Positions 49,230 to 62,425 of a DNA stretch of 64,000 bases are shown one piece after another (within the stretch, counting starts at the first letter, position 1; each line of letters starts with the position of its first letter). The notes under the pieces are model-generated. The model ran no database searches. It was not told the origin of the DNA and was given only the letters and a program-made list of their open reading frames with translations. The DNA lies in the NCBI GenBank assembly GCA_052327205.1, contig CM126210.1, positions 207,762,001-207,826,000 of the forward strand, read 5' to 3'. The position numbers and the translations under genes were made by a program. This DNA comes from Somniosus microcephalus. Taxonomy: Eukaryota.

Positions 49230-51110
49230 AGAAGTTACAACATGAAAACAGGTCTCTCAGCCCAATTAGTCTTCATCAGCATTTATCCTATATGCGAAAC
49301 AAAATAGATTTAATCACATTTACCCACCCTGTTTCTATATACTGTACCTTCAATCCCTTTTCCTTAATCCATCTATCCAATCTAATCTTGAATGTTGATA
49401 TAGTTTCTGCCTCAACCACTAATGTGGGAAGTGAATTCCACAGCCCCACAACTAGTCGCTGAAGAAGTTTCTCCCACCTTCGGATCGAAATCTCTGACAT
49501 TTACTCTTATTATACTATAGCCCCTCATGTTTGACTGCTCAACTAATGGAAACAAATCTGTTTCTACATACCCAGTCCTATCCTTTCCTAATTTTAAATA
49601 GGTGTGTTATGTTGGGAACGAGGGTTCACACTGCCTGGGTCCTCGATGTTCTTTGAGCGGTCTGTGGGGTCAGCACCTGAGGAGTTAAATAAGCTTCCTG
49701 CTGAGCATGGGTTGTAAATTGTGTATGGGGGTTTAAGGAAAATATATTCCCACAGATCAGAAGGCTGACCTGTGTGCCTATCAGGTTGGAAATCAGGTCA
49801 CTTGTGTTTACTGTAATAAAATAATTAGGAGATTAAGTGCATGTTTGTTGGGTTTAGGTTATTATTCTGTTGACATTTGTATGCACCTTTGATGTACTAT
49901 GATTTATTGGTTGTGTGCATGGAATGTAGTAATCAAAGGTAAAGAATGGCACAAGATTGCGAGGAGTGTGTTTTAGTAGCTCATACTGGAATCGTGGAGT
50001 ATGATGTCTCAACAGAGCTCATACTGGTTGTGGACAGTATGATGTCTTAGCTCTCATACTGGTTTGTGAAGTATGAGGTTTTAATGAAGTCTGATCTTGC
50101 ATTGCTACAACTGAATGCGTGTGTGTAATCTGCCGTTTAAAGTAACAAGACGAAAAGGAACAAGATAGCAGTTCAACATGTTATATCACGCCATAATCTC
50201 TGTTGCTCCAAGTCTTTTTTCATATTTCCTCATACCAGGCAACATCCTAGTGAATCTGCGTTGTACCCTCTCTAAAGTCTCAATATTCTTGCTATAGTGA
50301 GCCCAACACTGCACACAGTACTTAAAGATCTTATTGAGGCTGTATATAGGCTCATCATCACCTCTTCGCTTTTATATTTTATAACTGATACTTCTTGAAG
50401 TGAAAATTATTACAGCCGTATCAATCTGAGGTGCTGCCTTTAATGCTGTGAACCTGCCCCCCAAATCTCTGCTCTTCCACAGCCCTGACCCTCCTTCCAT
50501 TGAGTATAATTACTGCTGTCATTCTTTTTTAAACAAAAATGCATCACCTCACACTGAATGAATTACATCCGCTGGTTCTTAAACCAATTCCACCATTTTA
50601 TCAATATCTATTTGCAGTTTCCTTTGGGCTTCCTCTTATTTTGGTATCACCTGCAAACTTCAACACCACTTCCTCTGGGCATATATCCAAATCATTGATG
50701 TACAGAGTGAACAGAAGTGCCCCCAGAACGGAACCCGAGGGACACAGTTACCCACTTCTGCCCTTAACTCCAACTCTGTTTTTCCCCTTACAACCAATTT
50801 TTAATCCAGTTTGCCAACCTCCTCCTAATTCCATGCCCCTTAACCCCCTCCCATGTGATACCTTGTCAAATACTTTCCTAAAGTCCATGTACACTACATC
50901 TACTTCATTCCCCCATCTACCATGTCTGTTAGCTTCTCAAAGAATTCGATGAGGTTTGTAAAGCAAGATTGTCCCTTTTGAAACGCGTGCTGGCTACTAC
51001 TAACAATTTTCTCTATCTAGACATGTGGTCATTTCATCCTAATTAATTAACCTATCAGATATTAAGATAACTGGCCTGTAATTACTCAGATTAGCTGTCT
51101 CCCTTTTTAA
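49230..51110 (-). mobile_element. Degenerate CR1 LINE 3' portion (split by the solo LTR)
   Basis: Reverse-strand RT remnants (VVYMDF.K.FD; VVGLWNSLP); boundaries approximate. Confidence 0.75.
49610..50178. mobile_element. Solo LTR nested in a CR1 fragment
   Basis: TGTTG...CAACA ends; 5-bp TSD TGTTA (49605-49609 and 50179-50183); CR1 sequence resumes on both sides. Confidence 0.8.
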
Positions 51111-51371
51111 AAAAATATGTACTTATTTCAGTTACATCACTTAAAAAACATATCTTTATTTAGTATACTGTTCAGCTCTTTACCTACAAATTTCTTCAAG
51201 TATTCAATATATACTAAAGAGAAAAAAAATGTAGGCCTGTGTTTTATCATCAACATTTAGAGATCAGAGGCTGCTTGGAGATTTACCAAGTCTGAAATGT
51301 TTACTGAAGCTACTCAGTTTGTGTCATGCTAGCGAGGTACCATCTCATACTTTGCAAAAGTGACCAGTTAC

Positions 51372-51490
51372 CTCGCTCCTCATCATTCTCCAAACATTCA
51401 GAATGATCCGTCCCACGATGTTTATCTCCGACATGGCAGTTGCACCATATTCATCCCTTTCTGGAGCAAACCGATTTTCTTTATTGTCAT
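51372..51490 (-). CDS. REV3L: REV3L coding exon (DDNKENRF...GRIILNVWRMMRSE)
   Basis: atcag/gtaact boundaries; GRI.LN.WR motif. Confidence 0.95.
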
Positions 51491-52084
51491 CTGATAAAAC
51501 AAAATATTGTTTTAAAATCTTCATACACACATTGTTTCAGTTTTTTTTTGAAAACCTCTTAATACCATTGTAGCAGTCTTGGAAATAATGTTTGTATTCT
51601 ATTCATTAGTATGTGTCGTTCTACTGGTACTTTATATGCATGTCCATGCCTGATTATCTATTTTAGCATAAAATCATAATTTTGCTAAGTTTGATATAAT
51701 TTAATTAGGACTCATCATCAACCATAAATGAGAAACCAAACATTCTTGAATTGAACTTTGTGTAAATATAGCACCACAATTTATTTTTAGGTGAATTTAG
51801 ACATCTATTTTTTTCCCCTCCTTTTGAAGTAGTCATTTTAACAGGTTCAATTTGTCACAAACTCCACCAACAACCAGCGATGGCAAAAGGGTCCCGAAAG
51901 TGAAATTTGGCTGTCAGCCATATAGTGGGAAGAGTGTCGCGAGAACAGGAGGCGGGTCTAGTGGATAATAAGATGAACTCAGAGAAGGCACAAGGATAGC
52001 AGAGAAACTACATTAAAAAAAAATTATTCATAGGATGTGGGCATGTATTTGAAAGCGTATTTGTCAACATTAAATTAGCATAAC

Positions 52085-52200
52085 CTGGAATACGGGAGAT
52101 CATCCGACAGAGATCAACTTCTAGTGCAGCAGCTCGCTGAAAAAGGTAGCTCCAAGAATGCATCTGAACTTCATACCCTAGCAGAATATCAGGATCGTAC
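52085..52200 (-). CDS. REV3L: REV3L coding exon (YDPDILLGYEVQMHSWSYLFQRA...)
   Basis: ttag/gttatg boundaries; DPDILLGYE motif. Confidence 0.95.
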
Positions 52201-52519
52201 CTAATACAAGACGAGTTCAAGGTGATTATTTAAGAATCAGCCATCTATTCAGTTTCAATTTTTGTGCAGATAGGTTAAAATACAAGACACGTAGATCATT
52301 TGAAAAGTCATAACTCGCAGAGAATGAGAACATTTAAAAGACACCATCTCCAAGACTTCCATGGCAGCCTCATTCGCTTTGCACTCACTCTCGCACCTTG
52401 TGTTGTACATGATGCCTCTTTCTGTGTAGATCAGTTCTTTTGATGAAGACAGGAGAGTTAAAGTGCACGTGAGCGAGAGAGAAACTGCATTTCCAGCAAC
52501 AGCCTCTCTTCCCACCCCC

Positions 52520-53365
52520 TCACAGTGACCTCTGGAGTTCCGTATCCCCCCACCCCAAAAGGATCTATCCTTGGCCTCCTCCTATACATGCCGTCCCTTC
52601 GGAAGGCACGGCGTCAAGGTTCCACACATGTGCTGATGACAATCAGCTCCACCTATCCACAACCTTTCGCGACCCATTCACTGATTGTGTTGTCAGTCTG
52701 CTTGTCCAACTTCCAGCCTGGATGAGCTGCAATTTCCTCTATTGTCTTCGGAACAACCACAAACCCCATTCCCTTGCCACTGATTCCATCCCCTTCCCCG
52801 GCCATTGTCTCAGGCGGAACTGAGTGTTTCGCAACCTCATCGACCTATTTGACAGAGCTGAACTTCCGACCCCATATCCTCTCGATCACAGACTGCCAAC
52901 TTCCACCTCCATATCATCATCCGTCTCAGCCCCTGCCTCAAACCGTCTGCTGCCGACACGCTCATTCACAAGTGCCATTCCCTATAAAGACATTCAATAT
53001 TAAAACATCGTCTTTAAATCCCTGCATGACCCCGCTTTAAGGAGTTACCTTTGCAACCTCCTCCAGCTTCACGTTGCCTCCCATGCCCTCTGGTCTTCTG
53101 AGTGGCCATTTATGCACCGCCTCCTCCACTCATTCCACGGGTGGTAGAACCTTCTGTCACCTCAGCCCCAATCTCAGGAAATCCTGCCTTAAACCACTCC
53201 TGTGCTTATTTAAAAATCTTTCAGGATCTGTCTTTTCAGCCTAGCTTTTGGACACCCCTTCCCTCATGGCTCAGTGCCATTACTTTAATTTATATTTTTT
53301 CTATCCTCTCAAGTGCCATGGGACATTTTAAATGTTATAGGTGCTTCATCAATGCAAGTTATACA
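52520..53365 (+). mobile_element. Degenerate L2 LINE fragment with 3' tail
   Basis: C-rich L2-like body ending in the aatgcaagtt tail; related tails at 4860-5080 (-), 9900-10195 and 37540-37870. Confidence 0.65.
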
Positions 53366-54054
53366 CTTCTATACAATTATATTTTCAAGACACAAGTAAA
53401 ATGGACACTGGTGTAATACACTTGGTCCATTCATTTAATATTGCATGCCACTCAGATTTACTCCAAAGTGCCTTGAAATAGGTTTACTTTTAAAAACTCC
53501 CAATGACTGCTCAGAACACAAATGGTAAAACTCTGATCACATACAATGTGATACTTGTAGTCAAAAAATACCTGCTGTGCACCACTCACTACAGATTGCC
53601 CAAATGAGTTTCCACTCAAAATAATTTCAGTAAAGAAAATCCCGTTGAGCGTACAACCTCCCCCAAGGAAGGAATAATAGCCTTTTTCCTCTCCATACAT
53701 TACATGCATTAATTAAAAACATACATAAACACACAGATATTATTAGTGAGCAAAATTATGACAAATGCAGATTAATCTCCAAAGTGTGCTAGCATTACTT
53801 TGGTGGGCCCACAAAAGAGAGAAACATAGCTGGTAATGAATAAAATGATTCGCATCAGCACTGAAACATCCACATCACGCTGATTCTCTCCCTTCCAGGA
53901 GAAAAGGATTTCTTTTTCCTAAAGTGACATATTCACAACTCTCATTACAGAACACAATATAGCTATTTTAGGAAAGTTTTGAAGGGAGGCGAGAGGATTC
54001 AAAAAAAATATTTCAGTCTTCAAATAATTATAATGAACAGAGTATATACAATAC

Positions 54055-54166
54055 CTTCTGATGTTATTAATGAGTTCCTGAAACAGTTCCTTCTCATTGT
54101 TCACATAAGAAACTTGAAGACCTGTCACACCAGATCTAACGAGCAGTGGGGTTTGGCTCACGAGCC
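54055..54166 (-). CDS. REV3L: REV3L coding exon (LVSQTPLLVRSGVTGLQV...NIR)
   Basis: ttcag/gtattg boundaries; phase consistent with neighbouring exons. Confidence 0.93.
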
Positions 54167-54285
54167 CTGAAATAGTGAATAAACATTGTGCCATTTTACT
54201 CATGATCAAATGTAACAGAACCTAGAAATTCATACCGACACTTCATGCTGCAAAATACTACCCAACAGCACTACAGCTCACGATA

Positions 54286-54418
54286 GCAAAATACTGCAGA
54301 TGCTGGAAATCCGAAATAACAACAGAAAATGCTGGAAAAACTCAGCAGGCCAGGCAACATCCGTGGAGAGAAATTAGAGCTGATGTTTCGGGTCGAAGCC
54401 CTTTTTCAAAACTGGAAA
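54286..54418 (-). mobile_element. Penelope-like terminal-repeat fragment with decayed hammerhead core
   Basis: Minus strand reads TTGAAAAA-GGG-CTTCGA-CCC-GAAAC followed by gctgagtttttccagcattttctg; a more decayed relative lies at about 23975-24085. Confidence 0.55.
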
Positions 54419-55019
54419 GGAAATGAAATAGATCGAAGTCAGGGCTGCGATAGAACAAAAGAAGTAAAGAGACATTAAGAGGTATTCAAAACCAGACGAG
54501 ATGCTAATAGGACAGTGGAGACAAAAGACGGCTCAGATTAGGTGCGAAGTGTACTGGCAGGATAAGAGACAGCTGCCATGTGGGAGAGAGAAGAGGAAAA
54601 AAAAGGAAAGGTGGGGGGGGGAAGGGAAGACCCAAAACAAAGGGGTGCACTACACTACAGCTCAGATCGTCCAGCATAATCCAAGGACTCTGCTATTTGT
54701 TGAAATGAAACTAGTGGCTCACTCAATTCATGTAATGCCAAGTCAGCGAAACTATTGAGATTATCATAGTTACAGAGGAAAGTGTATAAAATATTACAAT
54801 AGCAGAAGAGAGCTCCAACCTGTGCATTGTCCTATGCAGCCTTTAAAAAAAAGAGCAAATAACTGGCTAACAGAATTCTACGGGAGGTAATCAATCTAAT
54901 GGCTGTATAAATTTACAGGTTATGGTTAACTGATGTCATCAGGTAAGTCAGTCGTCAATCCAGAATGCCAGATTCTTAACTTTTGTCATTTTGAGGGGTC
55001 CTGGTATAAATGTGGAGTT

Positions 55020-55310
55020 TCCCTCCAATGACTCAATGGGCTAATGCATTGAACAATATAGATTAGGACGGTCATAGGTTCAATCTGCGGTACGTGCTAA
55101 ATCAGTGGATTTTCTGCTGAGCACTAGAATAGGACTCAGTGTCCCTCGTGTAGAAGAGAAAGAAAGGATTCCTCTCCCTGGTTGCTATCTAGTGACCCTA
55201 GCTACAAAGTATGCATGTTGGGCAAGGACAGAATTGGTCTTCGCTGTGATGCCCCATAATGCCAATATTCACATAAGAATGGCTAGTTCAGCAGATTTGG
55301 GGAATTAGAA
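55020..55310 (+). mobile_element. Degenerate tRNA-derived SINE, second family
   Basis: tRNA-like head; related reversed copies at about 16100-16720 and 29100-29340. Confidence 0.5.
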
Positions 55311-55983
55311 AAATGTACATGTGTAGAAGTAAATATAGCCTCAAGTTCACATCTTGTTCAAGTGAGGAAAGAGGTTTGATTTGCTGATCGCAGAGATTCT
55401 AAATTTCCCAAGTGCACTGCAGATCATTTCCTTCAGGTCAACACTTGCACCAAGATGTGAGCTCCTGTATAGGGGAAGTGCCGTACTTTTCCAAACATGC
55501 TTGGCCCAGTCACAAACAACAAATGTAGTGCTGTGGGATATTTTTCTATGTTAAAGGCACTATGTAAATGCAAGTTGTTATTGTACTATGACCTTTCTAC
55601 ACTTGGGTTTGTTTAGTTCATCAAACAAACCAGATTATGAACATAACAATTTAGGAAGCAATCAGTATTAAATTAAGGACAACAATTAACTCATTTCATG
55701 TAATTACAATGTTTGTAAATCGAAAAGTTACAAGGGGTGCTGTACTTAGTGGATTCTCATAGTAAATTGAGTAAATATAAATATTGCAGTGCACTTAGAG
55801 TAATCTAAATGAATATTTGTTTTCACAAAGCAAATACAAACAAAACTAGTTTGCCCTCCCCTTAACTTGCAGAATATGAGCTTAGCAGTTGAGCAGCTTC
55901 TGTACTCTCCAGTGTGCAATCATGCTATTGGCATAATATATCCCCAATTATTAATAAGTGGCTATTTGGCCTGTGCTTCATAC

Positions 55984-56191
55984 CAGGAGAAGAGGCGCTT
56001 CTGTTGGAGCAGATATGGTCCTTATCAATTACTATAGCACCAGTAACCTCAGTTTTATTTGTTTCTGGAAGCAGTGCATCAGAAGAAATACAGTAGAATA
56101 AGGCACAGATGGGATCAAATTCAGGGTCAGGCTCCAAATCACGTCTTGTGCGAGCATGTAATTCCATACTCATGAGTACAAGGTACTGCAC
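55984..56191 (-). CDS. REV3L: REV3L coding exon (VQYLVLMSMELHARTRRDLEPDPEFDPICALFY...), start of the inactive exonuclease-like domain
   Basis: tgcag/gtatg boundaries; REV3-specific ELHARTRRDLEPDPEFDPI motif. Confidence 0.96.
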
Positions 56192-56449
56192 CTGCAAACA
56201 GAAACAGGTCAGAGCACCAATGTGTATTGCATTTAAATTATTAAATCATAAAATTGTAGTAAACTTAGTCCAAGCAGAGGGTGCAGAAATCTAGGTTTTT
56301 TCTTTTTACTAACAACATGAATTAGGGAAGAACTCTTGGCATGAAAATTATAATTTTAATTTATTTGGGATAATGTGTTCAAAACTTTGTATACTTTTAA
56401 ACCAAAAGATCAACTTGCAACCTTCCTGGTGTGGCTCACCAAGAAATGA

Positions 56450-57520
56450 CAGATCTGTCAGTTGTAGGGAAGTTACTGGAATCAGGAACAAAGTGACTGA
56501 GCACTTGGACAAGTATGAGATGATCCAAGAGTCTGCATGGATTTGTGAAGCATAGGCCATGTCGGACTAATATGCAGTAGTTGGATTTTTTGAAGAAGCC
56601 ACTGGCATGGTGGATAGGGGGAGTGTCTATAGGTGTTGCGGACTTTCAGAAGGAATCTGTTAAGGTTCTGTACAAGGTCATCAAAAATGCTAGCGCACAG
56701 ATTTGGAGGTGTTGGTGATTGGTTAGGAGGTAGGAGACAGAGTAGGAATAAAAGGAACATTCTTTGATTGGTGGGATGTGGCAAGTGGTGTGCCCCAGGG
56801 ATCTGTACTGGGGTCTCAGCTTTTCACCATATATAATGACTTAGAAGAAGGAAGAGAGAGCAGTATATCCAAGTTTTCATATGACACTAAGTTAAGAGGC
56901 ACAGTACGTTGCTTTGATGGGAGCAGGAAGTTACAATGGGACATAGACAGACTAATTGAGTGGGCAAAAACTATAGCAGACAGAGACCAATGTGAGGAAG
57001 TATGAGGTTATCCACTTTGGATCGGAGAATGACAAATCGGAATACTTTCTTAATGGTGAGAGACTAGGAGCTGTGGAGGAGCAAAGGGATTTAGATGTCC
57101 ATGTACAGTACTCAGATTACCAGAAGCTAGTGCACTGCTACAAACAAGCAAATGGGATGTTGGGCTTTATCTCTAGGTGGTACTGCATTCATTTTTGGGG
57201 ACTGAACCTCAAAAGATATATTGGTCTTGGATGGAGGCACAGTGCAGATTCACCGGAACGATACCAGGGCTTAAAGGGTTAAATTAGGACAGGTTGCATA
57301 ACTTAGTTTGCATTCAATTGAGTTTAAAAGGTTGAGGAATTAACTAATTGCAGTGTTTCAAATGATAAAGGGCTTCGAAAGGGTAGACACAGAAACTATT
57401 CCCTCTGGTGGGGGAATCGGAACAAGCCGGGCATAATCTTAAAATTAGAGCTAGGTCAGTTAGGCATGAAATCAGGAAGCACCTTTTCCCCCACAGAAAG
57501 GGTAGTGAAAATCTGGTTCT
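56450..57520 (+). mobile_element. Degenerate CR1 LINE RT fragment
   Basis: SGVPQGSVLG and EVIHFG remnants. Confidence 0.85.
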
Positions 57521-58088
57521 CTACCTTCTAATTTTTCTCCCCCGCCCCCATTATGAGGAATCACCTGGCCTCCCTCCAATAGTGCAGCCGAGATTGGAAC
57601 AGACCTGGGTTCCACTCACCTGTTGCATTTCAATACACCATACTACTGTAGGATAACAGCGACAATTACAAGATAGCAATTCTGACTTTCCCACCACAGT
57701 AATCAAATTAGACACAATTTTACTTGAATCTTATACGGATTAAACTGCTAAGATTCAAGAAACAATTGTCACAAGTAAGTTACTTTGCGTTGTGGAAAAC
57801 CCTTTTGTTGCTTTTGGTAGTTATTCTAGAACAGGAAGTTCCCTAATGGCACTTGTTCAGCCCGTGGGTACCATTTTCTTTATAGAATGTTCAATAACTT
57901 CATATTTGGGGGGGGGGGGGGGGGGGAAGGAAAAAAAATTAGCAAATTTAACAAAAACTCAATTCTGAGACAAGTCATTTTGATAATGTTTAGGCAATAG
58001 CTTACTAAAGTAACTTCAAAAATGATAGGGACGTCTATTTACATAGGGGCTGAGGTTTTATACCAAAGCTGAAAAGAAGATACAATAC

Positions 58089-58211
58089 CTCGTGCAAAGC
58101 TTTTGCCTCCTGGAGGTTTTGTTGGCTGACTTTGAAGCCATAGGAGTTGTTTAGAGTTGGTCCTTCTATCTCGGACACATTTTTCTTTGAAGATTGAACA
58201 GTAAACTGGTT
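58089..58211 (-). CDS. REV3L: REV3L coding exon (first in window; NQFTVQSSKK...QEAKALHE)
   Basis: ttccag acceptor and gtattg donor; 123 nt; peptide matches remembered vertebrate REV3L (GP.LNN.YGFKVS.QNLQEAKALHE). Confidence 0.93.
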
Positions 58212-58559
58212 CTGGAAAAGTACACACACATGGTCAACATGGCATATTGTGAAATAGCTTAAGTGACAAAAGTAGATTTTTACAGTACATTGCAATTGTG
58301 TCTAGATATTTACTAGCTAATAGGAGAACCAAACAAAACCCTGAACAACATCAAACTGAAATGAACCATCAACCACAGTTCTGCAGCTCTTCATAGCTCG
58401 TGCTTTAAAGCAATGTCCACTCACTGACATTGTTGTGTTTGTGGGACCTTGCTTGAACCTGAAGCAACATGACTCCAGGTACTATGTAAATGCAAGTTCT
58501 TCCTTTGCAAATGCATCACGTAAACAAAATTCACAACAAAATAGATTAATTAATAATGC

Positions 58560-61160
58560 AGATAGAAATGAATAGGATTGATCTAATAGCCATTACAGAG
58601 ACGTGGTTGCAAGTGACCAAGGTTGGGAACTAAATATTCCAGGATACTTAACTTTTAGAAGAAGTAGGCAAAATGGGAAAGGAGGAGGAGTAACCCTGAT
58701 AATAAAGGATGGGATAAAGGAGAGAGAGAAATGATCTTAGCTCAGAAAATCAAGAAGTAGAATCAGTTTGGGTGGAGCTAAGAAACAGCAAGGGGCAGAA
58801 AACATCGGTGGGAGTTGTTTATAGGCCCCCAAACAGTAGTTGTAATGTAGGGCAGAGTATAAATCAGGGAATTAGAGGTGCATGTAACAAGGGTAATACA
58901 GTAATCATGGGGGACTTTAATCTACAAATAGACTGGGTAAACCAAATTTGCAGTAATAGTGTGGAGGACGAATTCATGGAATGTATGCAAGATAGTTTTC
59001 TAGATCAGTATGTTGAGGAACCAACTAGGGAACAGGCTATTTTAGATCTAGTATTGTGCAATGAGAAAGGGTTAATTAATAATCATGTAGTAAAGGGCCT
59101 TTAGGGAAGAGTGACCACAATACGATAGAATTTTATATTGTGCTTGAAAGTGATTTGGTTAAGTACAAAACTAGGGTCTTAAAATCTAAACAAAGCAAAC
59201 TACGTAGGTATGAGGGGCGAGTTGGCGGAGGTAGATTGGGAAACTACATTAAAAAGGTATGACGGTAGACATAATTCACACCAAATATACATTCCCTTAA
59301 GGCACAAAATCCCACAGGAAAAGTGGTCCAACCGTGGCTAAGAGAAGTTAAAGATAGCATTAAATCAAAGGAAGAGGCTTATAATGTTGCCAAAAAGAGT
59401 AGCAAGCCTGAGGATTGGGAGGATTTTAGAATTCAGCAAAAGGAGGACCAAGAAACTGATATGGAAAGAGATAAAAAAGAGAGTAAATTAGCGAAAGATA
59501 TAAAAACAGATTGTAAACAGGAAGAGATTAGTGAAAGTAAACATGGGCCCATTAGAGGCAGAGAACATTAAACGTCCGTCTTCACAGTAAAAGACACAAA
59601 AAACATTCCGGAAATAGTGGGGAACCAAGGGTCTAGAGAGAGTGAGGAACTTAAAGAAATCAGTATAAGTAAAGAAAATCAGTATAGTACTGGAGAAATT
59701 AATGGAATTAAGTGGCAACAAATCCCCTGGACCCGACAACCTCCATCCTAGGATTTTAAAAGAGGTAGCTGCAGAGATAGTGGATGCACTGGTATTAATC
59801 GTCCAGAATTCCCTAGGTTCTAGAACAGCCCCCAAGGACTGGAAGATAGCAAACATAACACCACTATTTAAGAAAGGAGGAAGTGAAAAAAATGGGGAAC
59901 TATTGGCCAGTTAGCCCGACATCAGTAGTAGGCAAAATGCTAGAATCTATTATTAGGGACGTGGTAACAGGGCACTTAGAAAATTGTAATGTGATTAGGC
60001 AGAGTCAATATGGCTTTATGAAAGGGAAATCTTGTTTGACAAATCTATTAGCGTTTTTTGAAGATGTAACTAGTAGGGTGGAGAAGGGGGAACCAGATGA
60101 TGTAGTGCATTTGGATTTTCAAAAAGCATTCAATAAGGTGCCACACAAGAGGTTATTACACAAAATTAGGGCTCATGGGATTGAGGGTATATATTAGCAT
60201 GGATTGAAGACTGCTTAATGGACAGAAAACAGAGTAGGAATAAACAGGACTTTTTTGGGTTAGCAGGCTGTAACTAGCAGGGTACTGCAAGGATCAATGC
60301 TTGGGCCTCAGTTATTTACAATCTATATTAATGACTTGGATGAAGGGACTGACTAACGTACCCAAGTTTGCTGATGATACTAAGTTAGGTGGTAAAGTAA
60401 GCTGTGAGGAGGATGCAACGAGGCTGCAGAGATACAGACAGGTTGACTGAGTGGGCAACAACATGGCAAATGGAATACAATGTGGGGAAGTGTGAAGTTA
60501 TCCATTTTGGTAGGGAAAAAAAAGCAGAATATTTTTTGAATGGAGAGAGACTGGGAAATGTTTGCATTCAGAGGGAACTGGGTGTCCTTGTACATGAAAC
60601 ACAAAAAGTTAACATGCAGATACAGCAAGCAATTAGGAAAGCAAATGGTATGTTAGCTTTTGTTACAAAGGGATTAGAGTATAAGAGTAAAGAAGTCTTA
60701 CTACAATTATACAGGGCATTGGTGAGGCCACACCTGGAGTACTGTGTACAGTTCTGGTCTCCTTACCCAAGGAAAGACATACTTGCCTTAGAGGAAGTGC
60801 AACAAAGATTCAATAGACTGGTTCCTGGGATGAGGGGATTGCCCTATGAGAAGAGATCGAGTAGACTAGGCCTATATTCCTTAGAGTTTAGAAGAAAGAG
60901 AGGTGTTCTAATTGAAACACAAAATTCTGAGATGGAGACATTTCTTCACTCAAAGGGTTGTGAATCTTTGTGGATGTTTAGTCATTGAGTACATTCAAGA
61001 CAGAGGTCGATACATTTTTAGAAACTAAGGGAATTAAGGGATATGGGGATAGTGCGGGAAGGTGGAGTGGAGGTAGATGATCAGCCATGATCTTCTTGAA
61101 TGGTGGAGCAGGCTCGAAGATCCAAATGGCCTACTCCAGCTCCCATTTCTTATGTTTTTA
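58560..61160 (+). mobile_element. CR1 LINE ORF2 remnant (APE endonuclease plus RT) with 3' tail
   Basis: VYRPPNS, MGDFN, KSPGPD, DFQKAF, FADD and LVRPHLEYCVQFW motifs; multiple frameshifts. Confidence 0.93.
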
Positions 61161-61579
61161 AACCCCATTTGGCTGGTATGTGCCAATGACCACTGTAACC
61201 AAGAAACTTGCTCCAATGGACTGTAGAATCAGAACTTTAAAATCATGAGCTACAAGTCTGTCAAGAAACCAAGGAATCTTCAGTATGGCAATTTGTTTGG
61301 TTTGGAAAGATGTTTGCTCAGTTCACACAAATGTCTGGATAAACCATGGCCACTATAAATGAAGTTCACAGTAAGTTTATAGTAATATACGTACCACATG
61401 CTGAAACGTACAGTCAGCATACACTCTGCTCACCAGACAGTGGGTTATGGCTTTGCAATGATTTTAAAAGTTGGGCAAGTTGACAGCTCCACTGAGATCA
61501 GCGCTATAGAAGTTGCTGACAAGATCATTCACCCATATTGTTCAGCTCCTGTATGTGACTCAAACATCTGAGGGATTAA

Positions 61580-62425
61580 GGGGTAAAAATTCAGTTGCTT
61601 TGCGCTAATGGAGCGCAAAGCAACTAGAGTCCAGGTGTGGCAATGTTTGCACTACTCGCGAAATTGACCAGACATTTTGCGGTGGTGCTAAACATTACCG
61701 CCACGATCTCCTGCATCCGCAGATCGCGACGTCAGTCGAGCGTGCAACGTCCTGGACCGGATAGAGTGGCGCCCCCTGCCGCTAGCAACGACAGGTTGAG
61801 GGGAACGTTTTGCAGTCGGGAAGGGACTGGGGGAGCGCTATTTAAAAGGTGGCCGCTTCCTGCCTTTTTCTGTCGGCGACATTTTTGCACCACACATTTT
61901 GAGAGAGAGAGAGAGAGAGAAATACTTCTGGAGAGATTCAACGCTGTGTGAAGGAGTTTTGGGCACTGAGCAGCACTTTGCAGGTTCATTTTGATTTGAC
62001 CTTCCTGGCATCAATTTAGAAGAGACTATGGGGGCTGCACTCTGAGCTCTTTCCCTGGGCCTCTCCATTGTTCTTTCCAGCAGAATTGATATACAGGTCT
62101 TTCCAGGCCGAGATGCAAGGCTGCAATGAGCAGGATGTGGATGGAGAGCAGGATCGACCCTCCCCTTTAAGAACTGGCCGGCACCAGTGTGTGTGTTCCA
62201 TTGCTGACTGACATCACATGAGCTTCGCCAGCGCTCTGAGTTAGTGCCTCGCTCCTCGGCGTTAGCGCCTTGAGAGGTGTGTAGCGCCTGATTTACCGCT
62301 CCAATCACCTCCAGGGGCGATAGAAGCCAAGTTTGCAGTCGGAGCCGATAATTAGCGCCAGGCGCTGAACTTTGCGCCCGGCTAATAATTGTGCCCCAAA
62401 CGGGGCGATACTGAATTTCTCCCCC
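61580..62425. mobile_element. PIF/Harbinger-type MITE
   Basis: 16-bp TIR with 14/16 match (GGGGTAAAAATTCAGT versus GGGGGAGAAATTCAGT); TAA on both flanks. Confidence 0.8.

Noticed and set aside
57907-57926. Poly-G runs (also about 15838-15858) and poly-C near 18677-18698 as functional G-quadruplex elements
   Set aside because: Simple homopolymers with no supporting context, and their lengths are error-prone.
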